Source: a virus (taxonomy: Duplodnaviria; Caudoviricetes). Taken from it: a stretch of 36,621 nt of DNA. The stretch is from positions 1-36,621 of IMG/VR virus record IMGVR_UViG_3300025018_000311; one strand, given 5' to 3'. The notes beneath the pieces were generated by a model. The model worked only from the letters and a program-made list of their open reading frames with translations, was not told the DNA's origin and ran no database searches. The stretch's first letter is position 1; each line of letters starts with the position of its first letter. Positions 1 to 7,800 of the stretch are shown here, in pieces. Position numbers and translations under genes: made by a program.

Positions 1-57
1 CTAATTAGTCATCCGAACCGGCCTTCATCACATTTTTTAATGTGAGAGGTAATTGGT

Positions 58-168
58 ATGTTGCACTGCAACTATCCGATGCCCGTGCATGTTGTTCGTT
101 ATCCACGCCGCCGATTTGGGCGGATTGAGTGGGTGCGCGAGCACTGCCGGAGCTATCCGCGCCGATAG
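58..168 (+). CDS. small basic peptide, 36 aa (MLHCNYPMPVHVVRYPRRRFGRIEWVREHCRSYPRR)
   Basis: Translated by hand, below the ORF-track cutoff. GAGAGG RBS at 44-49, ATG at 58, TAG at 166-168, followed by a terminator hairpin. Confidence 0.5.
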   Translation: MLHCNYPMPVHVVRYPRRRFGRIEWVREHCRSYPRR

Positions 169-176
169 GCGCACTC

Positions 177-203
177 AGGGGCGGGCGGTTCGCCGCCCCT
201 TTT
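177..203 (+). terminator. rho-independent terminator between two convergent small ORFs
   Basis: AGGGGCGG-gcggttcg-CCGCCCCT stem-loop followed by TTT. Confidence 0.6.
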
Positions 204-206
204 CAA

Positions 207-341
207 TTACTTCTTACGACGATCTTTCTTGTCTTTATGCTTGGGCTTTATCTCTGGCGTCGTTCGCAGCATGCGCTTCAGAGTCTCATCAAAAACGTTT
301 TGAGACTCTTTTTTGCTGCGCTTGTCGGGGTCTTTGTTCAT
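207..341 (-). CDS. small basic peptide, 44 aa (MNKDPDKRSKKESQNVFDETLKRMLRTTPEIKPKHKDKKDRRKK)
   Basis: Translated by hand; ends at the shared hairpin. The D-x-x-L-K-R-M-L-x-T-x-P motif resembles small ORFs I recall beside IS1595 transposases (unverified). Confidence 0.45.
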   Translation of the reverse strand: MNKDPDKRSKKESQNVFDETLKRMLRTTPEIKPKHKDKKDRRKK

Positions 342-446
342 AATCCGACTCTAGCACATATGCCGAGCATGCCGCTCGCCACTTCAAGCATTTTACCTGC
401 TGGGTTTGCTAAGTACATAATCGCCATTTTCTGTCACAACCATGCC

Positions 447-1397
447 TCAGTACCGAATTGTTACAGCGGGAATTTTGCCGCCTGCAATCGCGGTAACAAC
501 ATCACCAGCCAGATCGGCGGTCATGCCTTTGATATCAAGAAGCGCATCAATCGCGGCTTCATCCACATCATCGCGGTGTTGCTTGTCGGCTTCGCGCTTT
601 TTCCGCTCGGCCTGTTCCCGCTTAGCTTCCAGCAGGCGTTCGACCTCAATGCGTTCCGCTTCGGCTTTGGCTTCGGCTTTGGCTTCGGCTTTTGCCTGCT
701 CTACAGCCTCGCGCTTATCACGTTCGGCATCCTCGGCCTCCTGTTTGGCCTTGGCCGCGGCTTCGGCTGCAATCTGTTCATCACGCCTGCGCTGTTCATC
801 CGCGGCAGCCTTCTCACGCAGTTGCTGCAATTCGGCGGCATCGGCTTCGGCTTGCGTGGTGGATTCAAACAGGTCGGAAAGTTTCTGGCTCACATCCTGG
901 TGCGCTTCGCGGGCTTTTGCCTCATGGTGCGCAAAGGATTCATCGACCACCATGCGGCGCAGCTCTACCAGTCGATCCATAACCTCAGTAGAGGTAGGCG
1001 CGCCGGGAAATATCGCCAGATGCCTGATAGCCTCAACCCGTTCGACTAGCTTTTGCTCGATGGCTTCCAGCTTGCGCTCATGCTCCGCAATCTGTTCCTT
1101 GATGCGGGCCTGAACCTCCTGCAATCCATCCTTGATGCGTTTGCGCTCACCATCCAGCAGATCAACTTGCGCTTTCAGTGGCGCTTTGGCCGCAGCGTGA
1201 ACGCGATCCAACTCAGCGACCGTTTTCCCAATCGCGTGGCGGTCCGAGCGAGCTTGTTTTTCCTCGGCGGGCACGGTCAGGTCATAGACCACATTTTCAT
1301 ACTTGGCCTTGTAGGCGGCCAAATCAGATTCAAACTGGCTAAACTCGACAATGCCGGTTGATACTTCGGGCTCTACTTTCTCGACTGCTGTGCTCAT
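447..1397 (-). CDS. phage coiled-coil protein of the early-left operon (Ala/Glu/Lys-rich, often mis-annotated TolA-like)
   Basis: 316 aa with helical charged composition, (AKAE)n repeat and C-terminal IAGGKIPAVTIRY. ATGA overlap with upstream rdgC. Confidence 0.75.
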   Translation of the reverse strand: MSTAVEKVEPEVSTGIVEFSQFESDLAAYKAKYENVVYDLTVPAEEKQARSDRHAIGKTVAELDRVHAAAKAPLKAQVDLLDGERKRIKDGLQEVQARIKEQIAEHERKLEAIEQKLVERVEAIRHLAIFPGAPTSTEVMDRLVELRRMVVDESFAHHEAKAREAHQDVSQKLSDLFESTTQAEADAAELQQLREKAAADEQRRRDEQIAAEAAAKAKQEAEDAERDKREAVEQAKAEAKAEAKAEAERIEVERLLEAKREQAERKKREADKQHRDDVDEAAIDALLDIKGMTADLAGDVVTAIAGGKIPAVTIRY

Positions 1398-2320
1398 GCC
1401 GCATCTCCTTCCAAGTCCAAAAGCTCCTGCTTCGGCCAGCCACCCAACAACGGCGCCAGCGCCCCGAGAATATGGCGCACGGTATCGACGATCACCGCAA
1501 ACTCCGCTGGAATGTCGCTGCCCTCTTCACCGATGGCCGCCTTGCGATCCTCGCTCAGAGTGAGTCTGCGTATGCCCAACTTCGCTGTAATCGCGAACGT
1601 GGCGTCCTTGTGGGCCAGCCCGATCCTGCAGCACTGCTTGCCAGCATCGAGCATGGCGTCCATTTCATCGCTCTGCAGTTCCTCGTGCTGGATATTGATA
1701 ATCGCGGTGCCGCCCTCTTTGGCATGTTTCAGGGAACAGTTGTCGCCAAGTTCCAGATCATCACCGAGTGATTTTGGATCGCGCAACCACGCTGTGAACT
1801 TGTCGCAAGGCTCGTCCTCGATGCCCAGCAGGATGAAGGGCATACCATTCAGTGCGTCTTTGAGGGCGTCCATGAACGCATCCGCAGCCACGTCTGAGGC
1901 GTCCACAAACATCATGCCTAGCGTCTTGTCGATGTAGGCAAAGGTATGTCTTGGTTCGGGCGGGATGCCGGGTAATAACTTCTCGATCAACTCCTCTTTG
2001 ACCAGTCGAATATCAACCGTGGCAAGTTCCTCGCCAGCGGCCACGTGTTTGGCTACAACAGCACCAACCTGGGCTTTGATGTAACGGGAGGGCAGCGCCT
2101 TCTCATCTGTTCGCAGGCAGAATAAAACGCCGCCGTTGGTCTCGTAGGTCAGCTCTGTGGAATCGCCTTCCAGGGGCGGCACAAAGCCCACTGAGCGCAG
2201 CTGCTTTTTCGGGCACTCGTGGAACTGTGACTCTGGCAGGGCAGCGGTGAGGCGTTTTAAAACTGCGCCTGTGGCCTGTGTGAGCTGGTATATGGTCGCT
2301 TTGTCAAAATTGAGGCTCAT
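1394..2320 (-). CDS. rdgC: recombination-associated protein RdgC
   Basis: 308 aa with F..ATIYQL N-terminus, F..C......S.GFVPPL, LRTDEK.LP, GKQCCRIGL and terminal ALAPLLGG, all typical of RdgC. Sits in the recombination cluster. Confidence 0.85.
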   Translation of the reverse strand: MSLNFDKATIYQLTQATGAVLKRLTAALPESQFHECPKKQLRSVGFVPPLEGDSTELTYETNGGVLFCLRTDEKALPSRYIKAQVGAVVAKHVAAGEELATVDIRLVKEELIEKLLPGIPPEPRHTFAYIDKTLGMMFVDASDVAADAFMDALKDALNGMPFILLGIEDEPCDKFTAWLRDPKSLGDDLELGDNCSLKHAKEGGTAIINIQHEELQSDEMDAMLDAGKQCCRIGLAHKDATFAITAKLGIRRLTLSEDRKAAIGEEGSDIPAEFAVIVDTVRHILGALAPLLGGWPKQELLDLEGDAA

Positions 2321-3234
2321 AGTGATTCTCCTGTGGTCAGTTTGTCGATGCAGGCATCCGTCTGATCTTCGGGCAGTCCTGTCTCAATAATGGTTTTGCA
2401 ATGCACGGAATGTGCCTCGACTTTTCCGCACCGGATCGTGTTTTCATCATCGCTCGGTAATTTCCACAGACAGACACCAGCGAAAATACGAAGTTTTGAA
2501 AAAAGCATTGATGTGCAAGTGATTGACAAGCCAGCCTCGATGCCCAATCCAGCCTCGATGCTCCCGCCAGCCTCGATGCTCCCGCCAGCCTCGATGCTCC
2601 CGCCAGCCTCGATGCTCCCGCCAGCCTCGATGCTCCATCCAGCCTCGATGCTCCCGCCAGCCTCGATGCTCCCGCCAGCCTCGATGCTCCATCCAGCCTC
2701 GATGCTCCCGCCAGCCTTGATGCTCCCGCCAGCCTTGATGCTCCCGCCAGCCTCGATTCTCCATCCAGCCTCGATGCCCCCGCCAGCCTCGATGCTCTCG
2801 CCAGCCTCGATGCCCAATCCAGCCTCGATGCTCCCGCCAGCCTTGATGCTCCATCCAGCCTTGATGCTCTCGCCAGCCTCGATGCTCTCGCCAGCCTTGA
2901 TGCCCAATCCAGCCTCGATGCTCCCGCCAGCCTCGATGCTCTCGCCAGCCTTGATGCTCCCGCCAGCCTTGATGTTCCCGCCAGCCTCGATGCCCAATCC
3001 AGCCTCGATGCTCCCGCCAGCCTCGATGCTCTCGCCAGCCTCGATGCTCCCGCCAGCCTCGATGCTAGAGCCAGCCAGCGCGATCAGGCATCCGCTAACC
3101 CAAATAGATTTAAATTTTGTCCAACCAAGGTTTGCGGCGATTTCTATATCGCCGTCATGAGTAGATACATCAACTGTACCGATGTAATTGCCGTTGCTGT
3201 CAAAGTGTTCTGCTGTTAGTTTTAGTGTTTTCAT
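2317..3234 (-). CDS. hexapeptide-repeat (I[EK]AG[GELW][SGNR])x30 protein, predicted beta-solenoid
   Basis: 305-aa ORF with unique N- and C-terminal caps around 30 hexapeptides. ATGA overlap with rdgC supports this frame. Confidence 0.8.
   Translation of the reverse strand: MKTLKLTAEHFDSNGNYIGTVDVSTHDGDIEIAANLGWTKFKSIWVSGCLIALAGSSIEAGGSIEAGESIEAGGSIEAGLGIEAGGNIKAGGSIKAGESIEAGGSIEAGLGIKAGESIEAGESIKAGWSIKAGGSIEAGLGIEAGESIEAGGGIEAGWRIEAGGSIKAGGSIKAGGSIEAGWSIEAGGSIEAGGSIEAGWSIEAGGSIEAGGSIEAGGSIEAGGSIEAGLGIEAGLSITCTSMLFSKLRIFAGVCLWKLPSDDENTIRCGKVEAHSVHCKTIIETGLPEDQTDACIDKLTTGESL
2524..3063 (-). repeat. 18-bp tandem repeat, 30 copies (consensus + strand GCTCCCGCCAGCCTCGAT)
   Basis: Directly visible: 540 bp of contiguous, near-identical units with no spacers. 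Confidence 0.95.
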
Positions 3235-3605
3235 TTTTTCTCGCCTTTGTGCCCGTGTGGGCAGTCTTTGATTGGGTGCCAGTTACGTCTCCGGCGCAGG
3301 CTTCCACCGCTGTCTCGCTTTGGCAGACTGCTTCGGTTTAGATGGGGAGTGCCCGGTCTGCCAGCGGACTCGCCAGTGTGTTCAAGTGCCCCCGTTTATA
3401 CGGCCACAGGTGGGGGCATACCTGTGAGTAGAGGTAATCGAAATTAACCCCTTGGCCTTCCACACCGGAGAAGGTGTTTTTATGCCCCGTACCGACCACC
3501 GGCGGGGCAACCCGGCTACTAGGTTGCAGCTTCAATGCCCAGTGTGGGCGAGGAAGGAAACCCGGTCTAACCAGCGCCAGCTTGCAGGCGCGGCGCTGAT
3601 GTTCA
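3235..3605 (-). other. hairpin-dense intergenic region; candidate structured RNA or antitermination leader
   Basis: Several stem-loops. A GCCCACAC(T)GGGC hairpin occurs twice (about 3250-3262 and 3537-3549), and an H-type pseudoknot is possible near 3387-3427. No convincing ORF. Confidence 0.35.
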
Positions 3606-4544
3606 TTACTGCTTTTGCTCGTCGGCGATGGCTTTCAGTTCTTTCTGTCGGTGCTTGTACAGCGCCATCAGTTCCTCACGAAACTGGCCGTTTTCTTCCA
3701 GGTGTAGGAAGTCGGGGACCAGATTGTTGCCTATTTCGCTCAAGGTTTTTGTATCGGACGCGCCGTTGATTGCGTCGGCGACCATGGCGTAGGTTAGTGG
3801 CTTGGATTCTGCGGCGGTGTCTGGCTCTGGATATGGATCGGCTTCGGCCTCTGGTTTTTCGTCAACAATTTCGGCATCAACTATGTCGGCTTCCTTCTTC
3901 GCTTTAGAGGGATTGCCGCCCCTCAACACATCGTTAAGGTCGCTGGCGGCCGGGCCTATTTCGCGCTCAACCTGATCAGCAGTGGGAATTTCATCCGGCG
4001 TGTAGACGCCCAGCAGTGGGCCAGGAGTGTACTTGCGTACCCAGTTTTTTAGCTGCAGGTAGCCTATCTGCTGTGGGATGTTTGTTTTCCACAATGGGGA
4101 ATTGCGGATTTTCACATCGGCCAGAGTCAGCCATTCGTTCCAGGTCACAACTTTTTCCCCTTTGATCACAGCACCTACCCGGCACTGCAACTGCTCACCC
4201 TCGCCGCGATACTCGTACTGAAAAACACCCTCGATCATGCCGCTATTCTGGACAACCGCATTCACGAGCTGGGCTTCATAGCCGAGTTTGCCGCCAACAA
4301 TGTGGGTTTTCTGCGCCACAACGTAGGGGTTCATACCCCACTGGATTGACTGCATGATGATGGCCCAACAATCACCCTCGTTGCCTTTCAGGTGGTCAGG
4401 GATTGTAGCCTTGGCGTTCGCCATGCGCGTAGCCATGTGGTCTATTTGCGCCAACAGCGGCGCGTTCATCATAATATCGGCGGTCTGCATTTCCGACATA
4501 TTCATATTCTCGGATTGCGTCTGAATTTTTGCTGGTGTGTTCAT
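3606..4544 (-). CDS. recT: RecT-family single-strand annealing protein
   Basis: IPDHLKGN.GDC.AI.MQ..QWGMNPY.VAQKTH.V.GKLGYEAQLVNAV, SPLWKT and LGVYTPDE motifs. Lies downstream of a RecE-like nuclease. Confidence 0.88.
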   Translation of the reverse strand: MNTPAKIQTQSENMNMSEMQTADIMMNAPLLAQIDHMATRMANAKATIPDHLKGNEGDCWAIIMQSIQWGMNPYVVAQKTHIVGGKLGYEAQLVNAVVQNSGMIEGVFQYEYRGEGEQLQCRVGAVIKGEKVVTWNEWLTLADVKIRNSPLWKTNIPQQIGYLQLKNWVRKYTPGPLLGVYTPDEIPTADQVEREIGPAASDLNDVLRGGNPSKAKKEADIVDAEIVDEKPEAEADPYPEPDTAAESKPLTYAMVADAINGASDTKTLSEIGNNLVPDFLHLEENGQFREELMALYKHRQKELKAIADEQKQ

Positions 4545-4573
4545 GGTCTGATCCTTTCTGTTGTGGGCAACGG

Positions 4574-5485
4574 TTAAACTATAAATGCGCGATTTGCCCA
4601 GCCTGGCGGCTCAACAACGCGAACTTCATCAGGGAAGCCGGGCCAGTCGGTATCGCGGCCATGGCGCAGCGTGCGCAGCGCTCGGCGGTAGTGCGCCTTT
4701 CCAATGTCCAGGTACTCGGGCGATAACTCGTAAACGCTGGTCAGGTACGGTGCGGAGTTTTCCACACACACAAAGACAAATTTGGTGTATGCAAAGTGCC
4801 CCAACTCGGCGAGCAACGGCTTGCACTGGTTGATTCCTTCCAGGTACATCGCGGCTGAAACGTGGTAATTGAAATTCTGGATTGACTTGATAAAGCCGGA
4901 ATAGCTACCGTCAGCGGTGCTTTTCAGGTCCATGACAACCGCGTGATTTTTGGACAGCGCATCCGGGCGCACCTTCAACAGTTCCTTATAATCAGAATCA
5001 TCGTCGGCATCCATGGATTTATACCACCAGTACACTGAGGACTCTGCAACGATATCCTGCAGCAGCAGCCCGGCGATGGGATGGCTATACACCGACTCAG
5101 CCATCCACTTCGCCTGCTCGTACTGCTCCGGCGTGATGATGGTTTTGCCCTGGTTCGCTTCCTCGAATGCAGCAGCACCCGCCTTGCCTATCTTCGTGCG
5201 CTTGTCGAACTTCTCAGCAACGGCAATATCCTTATCGAAGCTATCAGGCTCCAGGACTAGCGAGTGAACCGCAGTGCCCAATGCCATCGTGGGTGTGGAA
5301 TCTTTCGGGTTGTTCATCTGGTAGCGCAGGTGCGCCGGCGTCTGCTCGATCAGGGTTTTCAACTGGCTCGAACTGGTGCCCATGCTGCCGTGGTATTCCT
5401 CGTTGGGCATGCCCTTGTACCAGCCAGGGGCGACGAACGGGCGCTTGCGCGGCTCGGTATTTTCTACTGTCTCAGGTGTCGGCAT
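4574..5485 (-). CDS. RecE-like exonuclease VIII (DUF3799-type PD-(D/E)XK nuclease), 303 aa
   Basis: Start reassigned to ATG 5485 (AGGAG RBS). Motifs MPNEEYH, SSSQLK, GTAVHSLVLEP, KVRPD, DLKST and YHVSAAMY. Confidence 0.88.
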   Translation of the reverse strand: MPTPETVENTEPRKRPFVAPGWYKGMPNEEYHGSMGTSSSQLKTLIEQTPAHLRYQMNNPKDSTPTMALGTAVHSLVLEPDSFDKDIAVAEKFDKRTKIGKAGAAAFEEANQGKTIITPEQYEQAKWMAESVYSHPIAGLLLQDIVAESSVYWWYKSMDADDDSDYKELLKVRPDALSKNHAVVMDLKSTADGSYSGFIKSIQNFNYHVSAAMYLEGINQCKPLLAELGHFAYTKFVFVCVENSAPYLTSVYELSPEYLDIGKAHYRRALRTLRHGRDTDWPGFPDEVRVVEPPGWANRAFIV

Positions 5486-5487
5486 AA

Positions 5488-5637
5488 TCAAACTCCTATC
5501 AAAGCGCGAAAAACCAAATCCAAAATGCACATGAACATCATCCCGGTGACAAACCCCAGCGCGCAGGACTCGTTCGCGGTCATGCTCGGCTTGCTCCGTG
5601 TGGGCGGCTTTAAATCTCTGGCCATGCGCCGTTCCAT
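5488..5637 (-). CDS. small protein with C-terminal hydrophobic segment, 49 aa (MERRMARDLKPPTRSKPSMTANESCALGFVTGMMFMCILDLVFRALIGV)
   Basis: Translated by hand. TGATG overlap with the upstream ORF; stops 2 nt before the exonuclease start. Confidence 0.55.
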   Translation of the reverse strand: MERRMARDLKPPTRSKPSMTANESCALGFVTGMMFMCILDLVFRALIGV

Positions 5638-6005
5638 CACGCCGCCTCCGGGTCAAACTCGGGTTCCGGGTAGTTCTCGGCCTCGGCCAGCGCGCGGATA
5701 TCGGTGTGGTAGTACTCCGCATCAACCCACTTACCGACTTCGGAAACCCACAGGTCATAAACAACGTCGGCCAGGTGGCGCTTGATCTGGTCCAGATGGA
5801 AAGGAAGGTGCGGCGCCTGATTGTGCTTGAGCGCGTGGATATCAGAGAGGTAGCCAGCGACCAGCCGCATTTCGATGGAAAGCCAGACCTCTTCATCCAA
5901 TTGCTCCAGCGCCTCGGCATCGGCCAGGATCGCGGCGATAATCGCTGCCCTGCCTTCCTCGATATTGCTGCTAACGTTCTGCTTGAAGTGGTCGCGTAGC
6001 TTCAT
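5637..6005 (-). CDS. hypothetical acidic protein, first gene of the early-left operon (122 aa)
   Basis: ATG at 6005 with GGAGAG RBS, downstream of the leftward promoter. No HTH or S24 peptidase motif seen. Confidence 0.7.
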   Translation of the reverse strand: MKLRDHFKQNVSSNIEEGRAAIIAAILADAEALEQLDEEVWLSIEMRLVAGYLSDIHALKHNQAPHLPFHLDQIKRHLADVVYDLWVSEVGKWVDAEYYHTDIRALAEAENYPEPEFDPEAA

Positions 6006-6039
6006 GGGGCTCTCCGGTTTTTTGTGTGGCTTGAGAGAG

Positions 6040-6068
6040 AATATACACACGCTTATGGTTATGGTCAA
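6040..6068 (-). promoter_or_regulatory. pL-like sigma70 promoter
   Basis: TTGACC-N17-TATATT on the minus strand upstream of the early-left operon. Confidence 0.7.
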
Positions 6069-6111
6069 TGCGTAAACGAATAAATATTGCAAAATTCAGG
6101 GTGTGTTTTAG

Positions 6112-6139
6112 TTGACAAACATATGCGTACGTATAATAT
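6112..6139 (+). promoter_or_regulatory. pR-like sigma70 promoter with overlapping operator-like palindrome
   Basis: TTGACA at 6112, then TAATAT (16-bp spacer) or TATAAT (14-bp spacer). Near-palindrome TATGCGTACGTATA; ATATGCGTACGTATAA matches the pL spacer ATAAGCGTGTGTATAT at 12/16. Confidence 0.6.
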
Positions 6140-6146
6140 TGGCATC

Positions 6147-6353
6147 ATGAAACTACCCATGATGATTCAAACACTCTTAGAAAGCGGTTATAGTCAGGAT
6201 TCGTTAGCGAAAAAGCTGACTGAGCGCGGCGTAGCATGCACTCAGCCAACGATCTGGCGGATACTGAACGCGGGGGCGGAGCCCAGGTACACGCTCGGCG
6301 ACGCCATCCGGCAGCTCTACGAAGAAACAACGGCTGAAAATAACGCTGCATAA
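6147..6353 (+). CDS. Cro-like helix-turn-helix regulator (68 aa)
   Basis: YSQDSLAKKL...CTQPTIWRILN...EPRY..GDAI..LY is an XRE/Cro HTH pattern. First gene of the rightward operon. Confidence 0.85.
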   Translation: MKLPMMIQTLLESGYSQDSLAKKLTERGVACTQPTIWRILNAGAEPRYTLGDAIRQLYEETTAENNAA

Positions 6354-6358
6354 CACTT

Positions 6359-6383
6359 AACCCTCTGATTCGGAGGGTTTTTT
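6359..6383 (+). terminator. tR1-like terminator after cro
   Basis: AACCCTCTG-ATT-CGGAGGGTT stem followed by a T run. Confidence 0.7.
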
Positions 6384-6400
6384 GTACCTTAATTCCGGCT

Positions 6401-6425
6401 GTAAAGACCAGTAAATGGCTGTAAA
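6401..6425 (-). promoter_or_regulatory. CII-box-like direct repeats (pRE-like site)
   Basis: GTAAA at 6401, 6411 and 6421, an exact 10-bp period (TTAC-N6-TTAC-N6-TTAC on minus). Lies between cro and cII, where lambda pRE (TTGC-N6-TTGC) lies. Confidence 0.5.
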
Positions 6426-6434
6426 CCGAAAGTT

Positions 6435-6788
6435 ATGGAGCAAATCACACTCAATTTTGACGCCAGCGAGTTCGAAGCTTTCAACTCGGTGCAGGAGTTC
6501 TACGCACACCGGACTTTTTCCATTCGCGATGACCAAGGGAGGGTGGTGAAGCAGGGGGTTCAAGCCATGGAAATGGACTATTCGCCATCGCAATGGAGCC
6601 ACAAAATTAACAAGGCCAACAACACATCGCTGACCTTGGAGGACGCCGACAGGCACACCGATTTATACGGTGACGTCGCCTGGATTTACTACCTGATCCA
6701 GAAGCACATCATCAAAAAGAAACGCAACCGGGATGAACTTTTACTGCTCCGGGCTGAGATCGATCGACAGCTTAGAGGCACCTCATGA
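6435..6788 (+). CDS. CII-like transcriptional regulator
   Basis: Position after cro; HTH-like segment QAMEMDYSPSQWSHKIN and a C-terminal coiled coil. Confidence 0.6.
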   Translation: MEQITLNFDASEFEAFNSVQEFYAHRTFSIRDDQGRVVKQGVQAMEMDYSPSQWSHKINKANNTSLTLEDADRHTDLYGDVAWIYYLIQKHIIKKKRNRDELLLLRAEIDRQLRGTS

Positions 6789-7054
6789 TGCCGCGCGCCT
6801 TCCGATCAGACCCATTCATCGGCATTGATGGCTCCGTTTTGGTCACCAATAACGGCTCCAGAATCGCCACTGAGCGCGATATGGAGTGGTTTTGGCGTAC
6901 TGCCGAGCCTGAGTTGGACCGGCTGACGATGGAGTTGTGCACCTACCATCGCAGCCGCGGTGAACCACTTGATCAGTGGCAGCTCGATGCTGAACTGGCG
7001 GCGTTCAAGCGGACCCGGGTGAGGACTGTCGCCTCAGAAAGTGAGAGCTACTAA
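6785..7054 (+). CDS. hypothetical protein
   Basis: 89 aa, coupled by ATGA and TAATG overlaps on both sides. Confidence 0.65.
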   Translation: MMPRAFRSDPFIGIDGSVLVTNNGSRIATERDMEWFWRTAEPELDRLTMELCTYHRSRGEPLDQWQLDAELAAFKRTRVRTVASESESY

Positions 7055-7800
7055 TGGCTAGAATTCGCTCGATCAAACCTGAATTTTGGACTGACGAAAA
7101 GGTGATTGAACTATCCTTTGAGGCCAGACTTTTATTTATCGGGTTGTGGAATTTTTGCGACGAACACGGAAATACAGAAGGATCGTCCAAGCGAATCAAG
7201 ATGCAAATCTTTCCCGCCGACAATCTGGACATCGAAAAGTATCTTGAAGAAATCCGTTTAATAGGATTTTTATCCTACTACGAGGTTGAAGGTAAAAAAT
7301 ACATACATATCAATAACTTTAACAAACACCAGAAGGTCAACGAGAAGACCGCTCACAAGTTTCCACCACCAGAAAAAGGAAAGTTATCCGATCAGTCGGA
7401 TAAAAAGGCCTTGGATGTTTCTTCTTTGGATGTTTCTTCTTTGGGAAAGGAAAAAACACTGTCGAATCCACCAGAACTCTGCCTCGACAGCAAGCCACCT
7501 CCCGACACCGCAGCGCTGCGCTTCGAAACACTCTGGTCAATCTGGCCTAAAAACCTCGGGGCCAAAGGCTCGAAATCTGAGGCCCTGGCGAAATTCAAAC
7601 AGATCAAACCGGATGATCTCCTGCTCACCAGAATGCGTCGTGCACTCACCGCACAGGCCGAGCACAAGCGCGGGTGTGTGTCCCGGGGAGAATTCTACGA
7701 AAACTTCCCCCACGTCGTCCGCTGGCTTAGCAAGCGTCGTTGGGAGGATGAGCTTTCCGAATACCAACTTGCCACGAGCAGCCAGGAGCTAATCGATTGA
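7054..7800 (+). CDS. phage replication initiator (O-position protein)
   Basis: MARIRSIKPEFW...ARLLFIGLWNFCD N-terminus, C-terminal FE..W..WPK...WL...RWED domain, and internal ori-like repeats. Confidence 0.82.
   Translation: MARIRSIKPEFWTDEKVIELSFEARLLFIGLWNFCDEHGNTEGSSKRIKMQIFPADNLDIEKYLEEIRLIGFLSYYEVEGKKYIHINNFNKHQKVNEKTAHKFPPPEKGKLSDQSDKKALDVSSLDVSSLGKEKTLSNPPELCLDSKPPPDTAALRFETLWSIWPKNLGAKGSKSEALAKFKQIKPDDLLLTRMRRALTAQAEHKRGCVSRGEFYENFPHVVRWLSKRRWEDELSEYQLATSSQELID
7384..7444. other. putative replication origin inside the initiator gene
   Basis: Inverted repeat TTATCCGA-tcag-TCGGATAA (7384-7403), then TTGGATGTTTCTTCT x2 plus TTGG (7411-7444), in an AT-rich linker. Confidence 0.55.

Noticed and set aside
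1-20. Window start as a partner IR or target duplication for the right-end IS sequences
   Set aside because: CTAATTAG does not match the IS left flank TTAAATTT. The resemblance to 33427-33446 is limited to short gapped words.
129-1113. Long plus-strand ORFs (306 and 223 aa) with a hydrophobic or Ser-rich look
   Set aside because: Antisense shadows of the Ala/Glu/Lys-rich gene at 447-1397.
2524-3063. CRISPR array or DGR template/variable repeat
   Set aside because: Units are contiguous 18-mers with no unique spacers and encode an in-frame peptide. No cas or reverse transcriptase gene is present in the window.
2390-3160. Plus-strand (PASMLP)n ORF and the alternative-frame (GWREHR)n ORF
   Set aside because: These are shadow frames left open by the stop-free repeat. 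Only 2317-3234(-) is coupled to the operon.
3540-3600. HDV-like ribozyme suggested by TTCCTCGC on the minus strand
   Set aside because: Could not build the required P1/P3/P1.1 nested pairing by eye.
5486-5920. N-terminal 145 aa of the 448-aa ORF-track call
   Set aside because: Overlaps two better-supported ORFs. The real start is ATG 5485 with an AGGAG RBS.
6145-6351. Minus-strand 68-aa ORF as a hidden cI
   Set aside because: Exact antisense of cro, with no HTH pattern or RBS.
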